This document shows, piece after piece, positions 1 to 12,790 of a stretch of 64,000 nt of DNA. A program made the translations under genes and the position numbers. The first letter of the stretch is position 1; each line of letters opens with the position of its first letter. The stretch is from Eledone cirrhosa (Eukaryota). Below the pieces are notes generated by a model, which had not been told where the DNA came from, searched no databases, and was given only the letters and a program-made list of their open reading frames with translations. Where the stretch lies: contig OZ024740.1 in the NCBI GenBank assembly GCA_964016885.1, positions 377,084,001-377,148,000 on the forward strand, read 5' to 3'.

Positions 1-1255
1 CGCAACAACATCTCCTTCCACCTTAAAGAATGATAGGGCATAATTTGATACAAATTCGACCGCTATATAGTCATTGCTAATTCATCTAATGCTAGTGTTT
101 TGATATTCAATAAGTCAAGAACATAAGTCATTTCTTGATATATAACATTGGGATAAAACTAAGTGTCTTTTGTTGTTGATTTTAATTTATGGAGTAGGGG
201 CAATTAAATCGAGCTTGTATTTTACTGGTAATTATTTTATCAGCAGTGTAAATTGAAAACCAAAGTAGATCCCAGTCATATTTCCTCTCAGAAATATAGT
301 GATGTATCTAAATTCCCTGCATTTTACCAAAAACCCTTTTTCTAGCTGTCTTAAAATTTAATTTCTTTTTATTCAAGGGAATTTGTCGATTCATCCTTCA
401 CCCTACTGCCTGATATTTTTGTTATCGATCTCATAATTACAAAGTATAAGGTGGATGTAAAGGTATTCGAACGTAGATTGTAAAGAAACTGCCCTCTTCA
501 TATCGAATATTAATTTTATACAAAGTTAATTTCTGTGGAGAGGAAAAGTATAGTCAATGAGTCTACCATTTGTCCCTTTTTCTTCGATTCCAGAGAAATG
601 CGAATAAATAATATAATTATAAAGAAGAATCCAATGAAGTTCAAACTAACATTTTGTGAAGGGGTGGATATTGAATGAACTTCTTTGCTATATTATTTAT
701 TTAAAATCGACTACAAACGAATTTAAGCACAGAGCCAAATATATACTTAACATATAGCCCCTATATAAGGTTATAAGTTCAAAAATAACGTTACTTTTCA
801 TTGACTTGTTATTTGAAAAGACGCGATATTTAATCTCACGATTAACATATCAGCAGCCAATACTGAAACATTGTGATAAATAATCAACAGAGATTATCCT
901 CGCAATTTCGAGACCCGAAATTCTAGGTTTATCTATTTATTCGGAGATAATTAAAGACAATGGAATTGGACTATAAACCCACTTGGTGAAGGCACCCCAA
1001 TCATTTGGATCATAATTAATCTCCTACTTAGCAATTTGGTTAGACTATATACACACGCAGCTAACTAAATACGCACCTTTTTTTCCTCACATTTTTTTCC
1101 GTTACTTCCTTTTCTCACTCTCTATCTTTCTATTTCATCTTTTGTTTTTCATTCTATCTTCTGATGAAGGACTAGTGTTTAAAGCATTAAACTAATATAT
1201 TTCTTGATTGTACTGTCGGTTGCTTTGACATTTCTGTTTACTTTTTACGTATATA
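1..1255 (+). mobile_element. Heavily decayed PLE 3' portion with a degenerate hammerhead remnant near 1161
   Basis: Tail 1150-1250 (ctgatgaaggactagtg...aactaatat...tactgt...tttctgttta) matches 29215-29340; only weak RT-like peptide remnants upstream. Confidence 0.4.
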
Positions 1256-1274
1256 TATAAATATATATATATAT

Positions 1275-1455
1275 AATCAAAGAAAGTGTGGTAAAAAACA
1301 AGTTGGACTATAACGCACCAGAGTACTCGATACTTAGGGTAGTAGAGTGGGTAATAAGCAAATAAGATAGCTGAGCTCTGTCCGTTTCGACAGCTAGATT
1401 CGAACAGCTGTCGATACGGCCGGAGCTCAGCCGTCAGATTCCTGACACTTTTCCT
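1275..1455 (-). mobile_element. PLE pseudo-LTR-type repeat with terminal fold-back (family shared with 16350-16500 and 39430-39597)
   Basis: gtactc(g/a)atacttagggtagtagagtgggtaata shared with 39479-39512; internal palindrome ctgagctc...gagctcag at about 1371-1430; flanked by (TA)n. Confidence 0.6.
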
Positions 1456-1802
1456 ATATATATATATATCATCTACAAATATTTCTCCTTTAGGCGTGTG
1501 CTTTTTAATGAATAAAAATGAACCACTTAGAAACACTACCAAAGACGTTGTAGCCTGGCAGACGTAAGGGATGATCATGATTTTGATATGATATTTGTAA
1601 GACATCTCTCAAACAAATTAGATATAGAAAAGGTGATCCATAGAATAGCCACCTAAAAATAAAATAAAAAACTACCCTTACCCACCACACCAAAAAAACA
1701 ATGATTACTCCATTCAAATCAGAAATAATTGGTAGGAAACTCTTGCCAATGCAGATGGGAAAAACCAAATTAATATTCGTTTAAATATGTTGGTGTTAGC
1801 TC

Positions 1803-1885
<83 letters not shown>

Positions 1886-1890
<5 letters not shown>

Positions 1891-2355
1891 TGTTGAGCGC
1901 TTTACATTATAACTGAAAAAATGGAATTCTTTAAGATCTCTTCTTCTCTAAAAGACATAAAAATAAGACTCTTTTATAAGAAGAATCAGGTGGCGTGCTT
2001 TCCACTTTGATAAATCTATGAAATAAATATGGTTTTATAAATATAGTTTCCATTTCTTAATATCGTATATCTACTCCAAATACTTGTCGAGTGCTTTATA
2101 TCAGTTATAAAAATATTTACTTGTTGTATCCCAACAATTTTAAATAGAACTTTTGCATATATTCTGCTCCTGTATTGTTGAGCGCTTTACATTATAACTG
2201 AAAAAATGGAATTCTTTAAGATCTCTTCTTCTCTAAAAGACATAAAAATCAGACTCTTTTATAAGAAGAATCAGGTGGCGGGCTTTCCACTTTGATAAAT
2301 CTATGAAATAAATATGGTTTTATAAATATAGTTTCCATTTATTAATATCGTATAT
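1886..2355. repeat. 1.6-copy direct repeat (period 285 bp) between (TA)n tracts
   Basis: tgtattgttgagcgctttac...aatatcgtatat at 1886-2070 and 2171-2355, near identical. Confidence 0.85.
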
Positions 2356-2477
2356 ATATATATATATATATACACACATAGTGGTGGAACACTGGAAAGT
2401 AATATCCGTAGTGGTAGAGCACTCAGTCCAAGGGACGAGTTAGGTAGAAGTGGTTAAACAACAGTTAGTTCACCATA

Positions 2478-2517
2478 CCGAGAACAATTGTTTCACCTTA
2501 GCGGATCTTCAGCTCGG
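2478..2517 (-). ncRNA. Minimal type-I hammerhead ribozyme
   Basis: CCGAG CUGAAGA U CC-GCUAA-GG U GAAA CAAUUG UU CUCGG; stem I 5 bp; palindromic stem III (AACAATTGTT). Confidence 0.75.
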
Positions 2518-2968
2518 GATGTTCATGGTTATAGGAACAGGGAGGCAGGGAGGACAACCGTACGAATGCGCATGCGCAGAAACTCGGTCACTTCACACGG
2601 CAATACTAGACTGCGTGCGTGAGGTGTAAGGGAGATAACTGCGAAAGTCCGGAAAATTTTAGGTTATAAAGAGATTACGCAATAGTGATTGCCTAAACCC
2701 GAGAAGCGAATTTTTCACACGTTGTCCACACGTCACCAAACATCTATTGCATAACTACAAGGCTCCGGATTGATTATTTGTAATTTTATTTTTAATTTTA
2801 TTTTAATTTTATTTTTAGTTTATTTTCAACCTAAAGCTTTCCCGACTTTCGCAGTTATCTCCCTTACACCTCTCGCACGCAGTCTAGTATTGCCTGTGTG
2901 AAGTGACCGAGTTTCTGCGCATGCGCGTTCGTACGGTTGTCCTTCCTATTCCTATAACCATGCACATC

Positions 2969-3008
2969 CCGAACTGAAGATCCGCTAAGGTGAAACAATT
3001 GTTCTCGG
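2969..3008 (+). ncRNA. Minimal type-I hammerhead ribozyme (opposite arm; stem I mismatch)
   Basis: CCGAA CUGAAGA UCCGCUAAGGU GAAA CAAUUG UU CUCGG. Confidence 0.65.
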
Positions 3009-3036
3009 TATGGTGAACTAACTGTTGCGTACCCAC

Positions 3037-3074
<38 letters not shown>

Positions 3075-3076
<2 letters not shown>

Positions 3077-3760
3077 AAGTTAAATAAAAAGTCAAATGTT
3101 TAAAATTTAGCTTCGTTTATTACTGCTATATATATTTCAGTGACAGCCATCTTTGGCTGTGACCTCTTCAGGCAGTCCGAATTAGTGTGGTATAGACAAG
3201 TACATATGTTGTTGAGGTGTATAATATTGTCAATACTCTGATATGCCCAGTTCCTGGTTGGGTTGTTATTTCACAGAGGAACTGGAATCATATGAATTCA
3301 AGCAAACGAATTTCAGTGTCAAAGGGCCTCTTCTCCTCTCATTGGTCAGTTGTTAGAACATTCCTCATTCTAAGTGTTGTTATTGTTGGAGTTAGCTTAA
3401 AAAATTGATAAAGTGGTAGAAGGGACAAGGTGTTAAAGGAACAAATTAACAAAAAAAGTGTCAAACTTCCCTTTGGTCAGTTCTGAGAGCATTCCTCAGT
3501 CAGAAGTCTATAGAATTCTTTCTGGGGTGAGGCTCCCTGTAGTGTTTGTGTTTGATATTGTTAAGTACATTTGACCTCTACCATTATTTTGGTAGTGTTG
3601 TTGGTGTTGTGGTCAGCTTATGTCTTGCTTCTGTTGACAATTTAGAAGTATCTGTGTGTGTTTTTTCTTCATCCCTCCTGCCTCCATCTCTCCTCTCATA
3701 GTGGTGGGGGGGGTTCTTCCATGTATATGAAGAAATATAAGGCAATAAATGAAGAAAACA
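3075..3760 (-). mobile_element. Internally deleted PLE remnant ending in the 3122-3176 hammerhead
   Basis: Minus-strand remnant NVLNNINTNTTGSLTPEEFYRLL resembles the PLE N-terminal VxNLS..LT..E..LL motif; HHR lies downstream. Confidence 0.4.
3122..3176 (-). ncRNA. Minimal type-I hammerhead ribozyme with long stem II
   Basis: ACUGC CUGAAGA GGUCACAGCCA-AAGA-UGGCUGUCACU GAAA UAUAUA UA GCAGU. Confidence 0.8.
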
Positions 3761-4053
3761 GAAAATAAATAATATAATTTGTATAATTTGAAAATAAATA
3801 ATAAATAGAGAATAAAGAATAAAGAATAAATGAAAAATTGGTGAAAAAGTAATGAAAATGAATATGGAGAAGTGAAAAATAAAATAAAGATTCAAATAAA
3901 GTAGGATAAAGTGTGTGTGTGCTATAACCAATCTCAAGGTCAGAAATATGTTGGATAGATTGGTATGAGGGACAAGATGTTGCTGCATACTGAGGTGTTG
4001 GTATACAACCAACATATACTCAATATATATATATATATATATATAGATGCATC

Positions 4054-4108
<55 letters not shown>

Positions 4109-4109
4109 G

Positions 4110-4215
<106 letters not shown>

Positions 4216-4447
4216 TTAAAACAATGAAATAAAAAATCAAGTCATTAGGAAACTCCCTCATCATTCCCGCTCATGAAGAATACCTGGAGGAATTTAGGCT
4301 CCTCGCCATACTTCACTGCTTTACGATCGTTTCTAGGTGATGATAATACATCGTAACTATACTTCTTTATCGATCTATGTAAGGTTAGTTACAAAATATC
4401 AGATAGGGAGAATATTTACTTATATGCATATCACCAGCTGTTGTATC

Positions 4448-4506
<59 letters not shown>

Positions 4507-5205
4507 AGATTTGAATGGATACAGTTTAGTTGAAAGGAATTTATTGACACGTGTTTCTATAACAGTTACACAACCTGAAAACAGCTGCTATCTACAAAGT
4601 ATTAGTTATGCAGACATTCAATATTTCAATGTTATTATTTACTGTCATTTCATCAGAATATTATTACTGAGGACCTGTTTGGTTTTTATAGAGAATATTA
4701 GGAGGGAGGGGTGAAGTTGTTGGAAGAATAGTTGAGGGAGTGGTTTTTTGATAGCAGTGAAATTTTTGGTGGCAGTGAGTAATTAGATTCCCATCTGTTG
4801 TTTTGACATTTTTATAGAATATATTATTGGTTATTTTTCTAAATCTATAGAAGGATTAGAGATAGTAAAGATATGCGTGGTTGGTTTTGTGTTTGCACTT
4901 AATTAACATTCAGACTTAAATTTTTCTTTCAAGTGTACGTATCCTTTGACCCACGCATTCACACACAAACATATTTGCACACCTCTACAAAATACATATA
5001 CTCACATTCACATAGTAACATGTTCATACTTACATATATATACACATGCATACATATATACATACACACATGTATTCATGTACATACATACGCGTTCATG
5101 TGTATACATTTTGATACTCAACTTATCTTTATATACACACGTATAGACACACATATATACATACATACTCTAGTCTATGTGTATACATATACATATACAT
5201 ATATA

Positions 5206-5289
<84 letters not shown>

Positions 5290-5563
5290 TACTTTAATAC
5301 ATGGATACACTTACATCTACCTATACACATCAAACATATATATGTATTTACTTATTTATATACATTTTCACATATATATACATACTTATGGTCGCTTTTA
5401 GACACATTCATTACCTATTCCCATCAGCATATCTTTCCATTATTAGTGTGGTAATTTGAGGTTATTAATATACATATATATGTTGAGAAGAGATTGTTTT
5501 TATATTTTTCTAACTAGATTGAGGTTTATATAGTTGGGGGTATGTCCGAATCATGATGGCAAG

Positions 5564-5703
5564 CGCTCCATGGGCTAAAAAGACCAGAGCAATAAACATA
5601 CGTTATAAAGGCCATACAAACTGAGAAGGCGGTCAAGAAGCCATTAACCACCTAAGCCAAAATGCAAGTCAAGCTAAACAGGTCAGACAAAATAAATGAC
5701 ATA

Positions 5704-5773
<70 letters not shown>

Positions 5774-6051
5774 TATAACAAATCTGGACCCTTGGAATTG
5801 ATGGTAAAATCCAGTACAGGGTTTCTGCGACACCTAAATCAATAATACTGTCTGCTTAAAACAATAAGCTTTTGGTATAATTATCGAACGAGGAATATCA
5901 CGTTATCAACAGGTATTTTGTTCTGCGCCAGTGTTGTGGATGACACAGTGTTTTGTAAAAGCTTATGTGTAACTCACAGGGGAAAACCCCCCACCGCTCC
6001 ATGGGCTAAAAAGACCAGAGCAGTAAACATAGGTTATAAAGGCCACACAAA

Positions 6052-6053
<2 letters not shown>
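5564..6053. repeat. ~59-bp direct repeats bounding a small element with an internal (TA)n
   Basis: cgctccatgggctaaaaagaccagagca...aaaggcca(t/c)acaaact at 5564-5622 and 5995-6053. Confidence 0.75.
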
Positions 6054-6107
<54 letters not shown>

Positions 6108-6108
<1 letters not shown>

Positions 6109-6485
6109 TAGCAGCTGAGCCCGGTTGCTCTCGGGGCTACTCGGGGCCCCTTTTTATTAAGTTAATAAGTTGAGGGGCGACGTGAAGAGAGTGGTTTGAC
6201 AGAGAGACGTTGGGTACAGTAGGGTTCAAAGATGTTATTGCAGGGCTTCTTTATAGACAACGTTCCTGGTGTTACCCAGGTTACCAGAAATGAAGAGATT
6301 GTGTGGACTGCCGATGCGGGAGCATCCGACGTAGAGTTGACCATGGGAAAATACCTGCTGTGTTATATTTAGGCCAACCACTTGTAGCGATTGTCCTTGT
6401 GCTTTGTTAATGCTCATTGCAAAGCAGAGTATTAGGGAAACTGCCGTCGCGTAAATTCATAGGGGACGTCAGAGGGACTAAGGCT
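6108..6485 (-). mobile_element. Helitron 3' end: PIF1-like helicase C-terminus, subterminal hairpin and CTAG terminus
   Basis: FAMSINKAQGQSL...VFSHGQLYVGCSR...TRNVVYKEAL*; minus strand ends CCCGAGAGCAACCGGGCTCAGCTG-CTAG|T. Confidence 0.9.
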
Positions 6486-6499
6486 CATAGTGACACCGA

Positions 6500-8309
6500 C
6501 GAAGAAAGAAAGAAAAACTTTACACCTACAAAATTCAAGGTCAGTGTTACCACCTAATGGGAAGCCTTCGCCCACAGCTAGGCGAGGAGCCTAAATTCCT
6601 CCAGGTATTCTACATGACCGGGAAGGATGAGGAAGTTTCCCAAAGATGCAAGATCAATTCATCTGTTGACGGGAATATTGTTGCGGAACTTCAAACTATG
6701 CTCCATGCAACCCATCCGTACGTCCGTTGAAGAGTGCTTTGGAGCTTTTGGACTCTAGACATGCGATGAAATTAGTCATCACAGCCGACAGACGACTGCG
6801 GGTGGGCATCCTAGATGGTTCAACGCTCCAACTACCAACGAGGTAGCAGCAATCATGGTTGACAAAAATCATGGTGCACGTGACATCATCATTCAGCATC
6901 GCAATAACAGACTGACGTTCGTTGCAGAAACCCATCGGTCGTGCGATTGCTTGCAGAACCCTCTTCTTTTTCCCTACAGCAAGGACGGCTACAACTTCGA
7001 GATTCCCACAATTGATCCGAAAAGTCTTGCTGCTTTACTAAAGAAAGTTTCCAGCATGGATGTTTATGCATACCGACTCATGATCAGAGACGGTCAATTC
7101 AACCAACTACTTAGGTTCAAAGAGGTGACAAACCAGTTCTTGATTGACATGTACGCAAAGATTGAAGCGGAACGTCTTTTGTACATACGTACCCATCAAA
7201 AAGAACTAAGAGGGGTTTAATAAGCTTAAGGAAGCTTTGCAGCGTGACGGTGACACAACCAATGTTGGGAATCAGGTGATCCTTCCTTCAAGCTCTAGTG
7301 GTTCACCCCGGTGCATGCATAAACGGACACGGGATGCCATGGCGTATGTCCGTAAGTTTGGGGGGCCGGATCTTTTTATTACCTTCATATGTAATCCTAA
7401 TTGAGTGGAGATTAAGGCGAATTTATTCGCGGGCCAAGTGACGAGTGACAGGCATGATATTACAGCCAGAGTCTTCCACGGAAAGTTGAAGAAACTAATG
7501 GGCTTGCTGAAATATAAGGCCATCTACGGACAACTCAATGCTTGGATGTATACTGTGGAATGGCAGAAGCGGGGTCTTCCACACGCAGATATTCTTATTC
7601 TGGGCAAAGAACGAATCAGACCTACGGATATTGATCGCGTTATACGTGCAGAGTTGCACGATCCCTAAATTGATTTGCAGCTTTACAACATTGTGCTGGC
7701 TAATATGATATATGGACCCTGTGGTGCCCTTAACAACCAAAATTCATGCATGGAGGGGAACAAGTGCACCAAACACTACCCCAGAGCCTTCACCAGGGAA
7801 ACTTGCACTGGGGTTGACGGCTACCCAATCTACCGGCGGCGTGCTCCCGATTTTGGCGGCCTTTCGGCTAGGATTAAGAAGAAAGGGACATTGACAACAG
7901 CTGGGTGGTGCCTTGCATCCCTTTACTTGCTAAAATCTTTAATGCTCACATCAATGGGGAGTCCTGCACATCTGTTAAAAGCATTAAATACATCTGCAAA
8001 TACATCAACAAAGGCGGCGACATGGCGGTGGTTGGCCTCAGTGATGGCGTAGAATCAAAAGACGAAATTACTCGGTTAATGATGGGAAGATTCATTTCGT
8101 CCAATATGGCGGTTTGGCGCATTTTGGGGTTTGAAATTCACCGGTGCTCTCCAGCAGTTGTTAACTTGGATGTTCACTTAGAGAATGGTCAACGCGTTTA
8201 TTTCACTGAGGAAACCGCATCGGCTGCTGCCGAACAGCCACCTGAGACGACGCTTACAGCATTTTTTAAGCTATGTTCTGTCCATACGTTTGCAGTTACC
8301 CTTTTTTAG
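6500..8309 (+). pseudogene. Helitron Rep (HUH endonuclease) domain, disrupted
   Basis: Motifs PDLFITFICNP, YTVEWQKRGLPHAD, IKYICKYINKG, VHLENGQRVYF and ETTLTAFF spread over broken ORFs 6855-8309. Confidence 0.92.
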
Positions 8310-8999
8310 GTAATTGATAATGGCTTCACGATCGATCTATCTCTTATTGAAACATGTGTCGTGATTAAAATGATTAGAAATTTTACCTTGCCTTCGGATT
8401 TTCATTTTGATATATATATATATCTTATATATAAAGTGAAGTTGGGCGTTGTTTGTTTCTTTGGTGTCCCGAACTTGCAGGCTACACCGTTCATCTGATT
8501 TTCATGAAACTTGTCACATATATAACAATCGACGCCTAGATTGGAATAGGCTACTTGAAATGTTCGAAAAATCGATAATCGGGCCCCCAGAAGCCAAAAA
8601 TCGATATTTTCAAATATCGTCCGATTTCGATGAAACTCGACGAAAGTGTGTATTTTGATCCCTGGATGAACATGGGCTACATTAAATTTCCGAAAACTCG
8701 ATAATCGGACCCCCAGAGGTAAATGTCCGGCAACCGAAAAACGCCATTCTTCTTGCTTCCATTTCTCCCAACACCCACCATGAAAAAAACGTTCAATTTA
8801 TCAGGATTATATTCCGTAAGTCTCTTTAAATTAACGATCACCATATTCAGCAAACCTTTTATGCCGATTCTTCCATTTCTTATATAAGGACTATCAAGAC
8901 TATACCGCCGCGCATCATCCTGTATTGCGCCCAGTCCTCTCGGGCGATCATCGAGCCTCCATGCGCTCTCTTCATTCCCGTGGTTCCACTACCATAGCA

Positions 9000-10870
9000 T
9001 AATGAGACATCCGTCAACCCCTGCTCTCTCCCTTCCCTGCACGCCGTCGACCCACTGCATCGTTGTGCATCACCATGCGCATCTCTGCCTTGTTAGCCGC
9101 AATTCATTCCCCGGCCTTTTCCATTGCCTGCCCTCCGTGGTCCCTAAGAACTGCCACGGCTCAACATGCCGAATCCCTGCCACCGTCCACCCTTGCCCAT
9201 TTCCATTGCCTACACTCCGGGAGAGCTCAAGACTTCCATGCCTGATCAAGCCGCATCCCTTCCACCGTCAACCCCTACCCTCTCCCTTCCCTGCACACCG
9301 TCGTCCCACTGCATCGTCATGCCTCACCATGCCGCATTACTGCCCTGTCGGCCACCATCCCCTCCTCAGCCCTTCTTTTGCCTGCTCGCCGTGCTCCTTC
9401 AAGACTGCCATGCCTAACCAAGCCGCATCCCTACCACCGTCAAGTCCTGCCCTCTCCCTTCCCTGCACGCCGTCGTCCCACTGCATCGTCATGCCTCACC
9501 ATGCCGCATCCATGCTCTGTCAGCCGCCATTTCCTCTCCTGTCCTCTCCCTTACCCGCACGCCTTGGTCCTTCACGAGTGCCATCACTCACCATGCGGAA
9601 TCCCTGCAACCGTCAATCCCGGCCATCTCCCTTCCCAGCACGCCGTCGACCCACTGCATCGTTATGCCTCACCATGCAGCATCTATGATCTGTCAGCCAC
9701 CATCCCCTCCTCAGCCTTTTATTTTGCCTGCGCCCCGTCCTCCTTCTGGACTGCCATGCCTAACCAAGCCGCTTCCCTGCCACCGTAAACCCTCGCCCTC
9801 TCCATTTCCCGCACGCCTTGGTCCCTCACTACTGCCATGGCTCACCATGCGGCATTCCTACCCTGTCAGCAACTTGCTCAAATGTTATCAGCATGGTTTA
9901 TTCCTGCGCTGCATATAACCGCCCATTATCTCAGACCAAGGGCGGTGGATTGGCAGTATCAGTAGAGAGTCGGATGCCATGCTCTCCAGCATAGTTACGT
10001 CCCTTTGCGGTCTGAGTTCAAATCCCGCCGAGGTTAACTTTGCCTTTCATCCTTACGGGGTCGATAAAATAAAGTACCAGTAATGTACTGTGTAATTGAT
10101 GGCCTTGTGCCAAAAGTAGAAACAATTATCTCAGACCAAAGACAGCACTGAATATGAAGATGATCCTGTGTAAGTCTTTTTACATTCATTTTGACCATAT
10201 TTAACAAAATTAAACAAAAATTCATCCCTTTCTCCTCCAAAGCCTACCGATCATGTATGGCCGATAAACATCCTGCCTTGCACCCGGTTTTCTCAAACAA
10301 TCATCGTGCTTCCCGGTGATCTCTACATTCCCGAGGTGCAACTCAATTGGCATGCCGCATCCACGACCTGTCAGACGCCATGCACCCTGCTCTTTCGTCA
10401 TGCCTCATCATGTTGCGTCCCCGCCCTGTCAGCCGCCATCCACTCCCCGACCCTTTCCATTGCCAAGGCATGGCAGTCTTGAGGGACCAAGTCGCATCCC
10501 TGCCACCGTCAACCCCTGCCCTCTCCGTTCCCTGCACGCCGTCGTCCCACTGCATCGTCAAGCATCACCATGCCGCATCAATGCTCTGTCAGCCGCCACC
10601 CCCTCCTCGGCCCTTTCTTTTGCCTGCCAGCAGTGTTCTTTCAAGACTGCCATGGCTCACCATGCGGCATCCTTGCCACCGTCCACCCCTGCCCTCTACC
10701 TTGCCGGGTGGCCGTCGTCCCACTGCATCGTCATGCCTCAAGATGCCGCATCCATGCACTATCAGCCACCATCCTCTCCTCGGCCCTTTCTTTTGCCTGA
10801 CCGACGTGCTCCTTCAAGACTCTCATGGCTATCTATGCCGCATCAATTCCTTGCCACCCGCTTAAACGTC
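9000..10870 (+). repeat. Degenerate ~170-180-bp GC-rich tandem repeat in two blocks (9000-9870, 10340-10870)
   Basis: Recurrent gccgcatccct(t/a/g)ccaccgtcaacccctgccctctcccttccctgcacgccgtcgtcccactgcatcgtcatgcctcaccat, e.g. at 9250 and 9422. Confidence 0.85.
9940..10124 (+). mobile_element. tRNA-derived SINE with a Meta/MESC-like central domain and 15-bp TSD
   Basis: A-box-like TGGCAGTATCAG, B-box GAGTTCAAATCC, core gcctttcatccttacggggtcgataaaataaagtaccag; TSD attatctcagaccaa at 9925-9939 and 10125-10139. Confidence 0.88.
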
Positions 10871-12647
10871 ATCAGCATGGCTTATTGTTGCCGCATTTGA
10901 TCACCGATTTTCGCAGGCTAAACACAATACCAACGTGCACGATAGTCCATGGTAAATCTTTTTAATTACATGTTCATCATGTTAAGCAAAGGATGAATAG
11001 CAACTCTTTCATTCCTTCTGACATGCCTTTCTGTCAATTATGGCCGAGAAGCATCCTGTGTAGCATTGCGTCTTCTCAAGTGATCAGCGTGCCTTCCACT
11101 GTCCTCACAATTGACTCACAATGCCGCATCTATTCCCTGCGACGCCCCTAAACATCATCAGCATGGCTTATTTTTCTGCCGCGTTTAACCGGCCCTCATT
11201 CTAGGCCATAAACAACAAAACCGCACGATGATGCTGCGTAAGTCTATTTAAATTAATGGTCAACATGTTCAGCAAAACAATTGTACCAATTCTTCCTCTT
11301 CACCTCCAAGGCCTATCCATTACATCTTAGAGGTCGGGATTCGCAATTTCTACGATTTCAATATTGACACAACAGTCCGTCAGGTTTTTCGGCACATGTT
11401 GCTCCGATAGGAATATCAACGTGATTTTCACTTAATTCGTAAGTGTTCAGTCTTCCGTATGCTTTTATGTTTTATTGATACAACGACTACAATCATCTAA
11501 CTTCACTTTGTAGGCTAGACGCGAATCACAAGGAAAAATCCTCTGATATACAACCCCACCAAATTCTTTGGTCTACCTAGATTTCAATGGCTATATCGTT
11601 TGCTTTTGTACGGTTGTACATTTGACAATGTCGCAAAACATTATTCCACTTGATTCTTACCTTTCAGCTATGAATTGGGCAGTGCCTTAAAATCCCGGTT
11701 TATTTGCGTTCAATTTTTTGGTATCTTATGAATGGAGAATCGAAAACCCGTTTTCTCATACCCTGATACATGCGTTACACATGCTCCATGGATGTTTGTG
11801 GACTATTTTTTAAAAATATCAATATCAATATTTGGAGCACAAAAAGAAACGTTTGTTTCGGTTAAAGCATCCTGCTGGAATTTAGCGCAGACCCGTTTAA
11901 ATCCAGCGCCTTATAACACCGAGTGTAACCGAGTACACCAGCTAGAAAGACAAATGGAAATATTGTTTCCTCGGTCCGATTTGACGAAAGTCGATTTAGC
12001 TCCACAACAAATTAACAAACCCTACTTGAAGACACGTTGAGGCTGTTGCAAAGGGAAATAACCCTAGACACAATTTTGTTCAACTTTTTTTCACCTATAG
12101 CAAATTTACCAGGACAGGTTATTAGCTACTCAAATCTACTTCCGAGGTCACGCATTCGTGTAAAAAATCAATAAAACTTAAGCGGGCGTTCGACTTTGCA
12201 CAAAAAACAAGGCAAAGTTGCACATGGGAAAACTTTTTACAGAAACGTACGGTTTTCTTGAAAACTGTCGCAAAAGACTCGCCATTATGCCGCGGTTCAG
12301 ATAAAGTCCCTTTTATTTCTTCTTCTGCACATGTGAGCGCAAAAGTTGTAAAAAACTAAAAAAAACTGAAAAAATCGACTTTTTCACCCTGCTTTAAAAA
12401 TCAACTGAAAATTCAATTTCAAGTGAATTTGACTTCCGTCAGTCGTGCAAAGAGCAATTTCAACGATACACTGTGATCCTAAAATTGATCCATTATATAT
12501 GCTCAATTACACACCTGCGTCTACTAACCTCTGTTTTTTTCCTTGAGGTTCGAAGGTTTTTGCACCTGTGATGCGCGGGAAGTAACTTTCACACATTTTA
12601 ACAACAGAGCAAAGGTCGACGCCGGGCAACGCCGGGTACTTCTGCTG

Positions 12648-12690
<43 letters not shown>

Positions 12691-12790
12691 TATATATATA
12701 TATGCATGTATATATATATATATATATATAAACCTATATATATATATATGTATATATATATATTTACATGTATATATATATATATATATG

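Larger units (their letters stand above)
2443..3041. repeat. Fold-back element with ~220-bp inverted arms, each carrying a hammerhead motif
   Basis: About 2445-2667 is the reverse complement of about 2828-3041; ~160-bp spacer. Confidence 0.9.
8423..12648 (+). mobile_element. Non-autonomous Helitron-like element containing GC-rich minisatellite arrays
   Basis: A|TCTTATATATAAAG 5' end; 3' end CCGGGCAACGCCGGGTACTTCTG-CTGG|T (hairpin plus CTRR); inserted between A and T. Confidence 0.7.

Noticed and set aside
9940-10030. tRNA gene
   Set aside because: A/B boxes belong to a SINE head; no cloverleaf; TSD and multiple copies present
9002-10900. Pro/Ser/Cys-rich ORFs in three frames
   Set aside because: Open frames arise from a GC-rich tandem repeat inside a Helitron-like element
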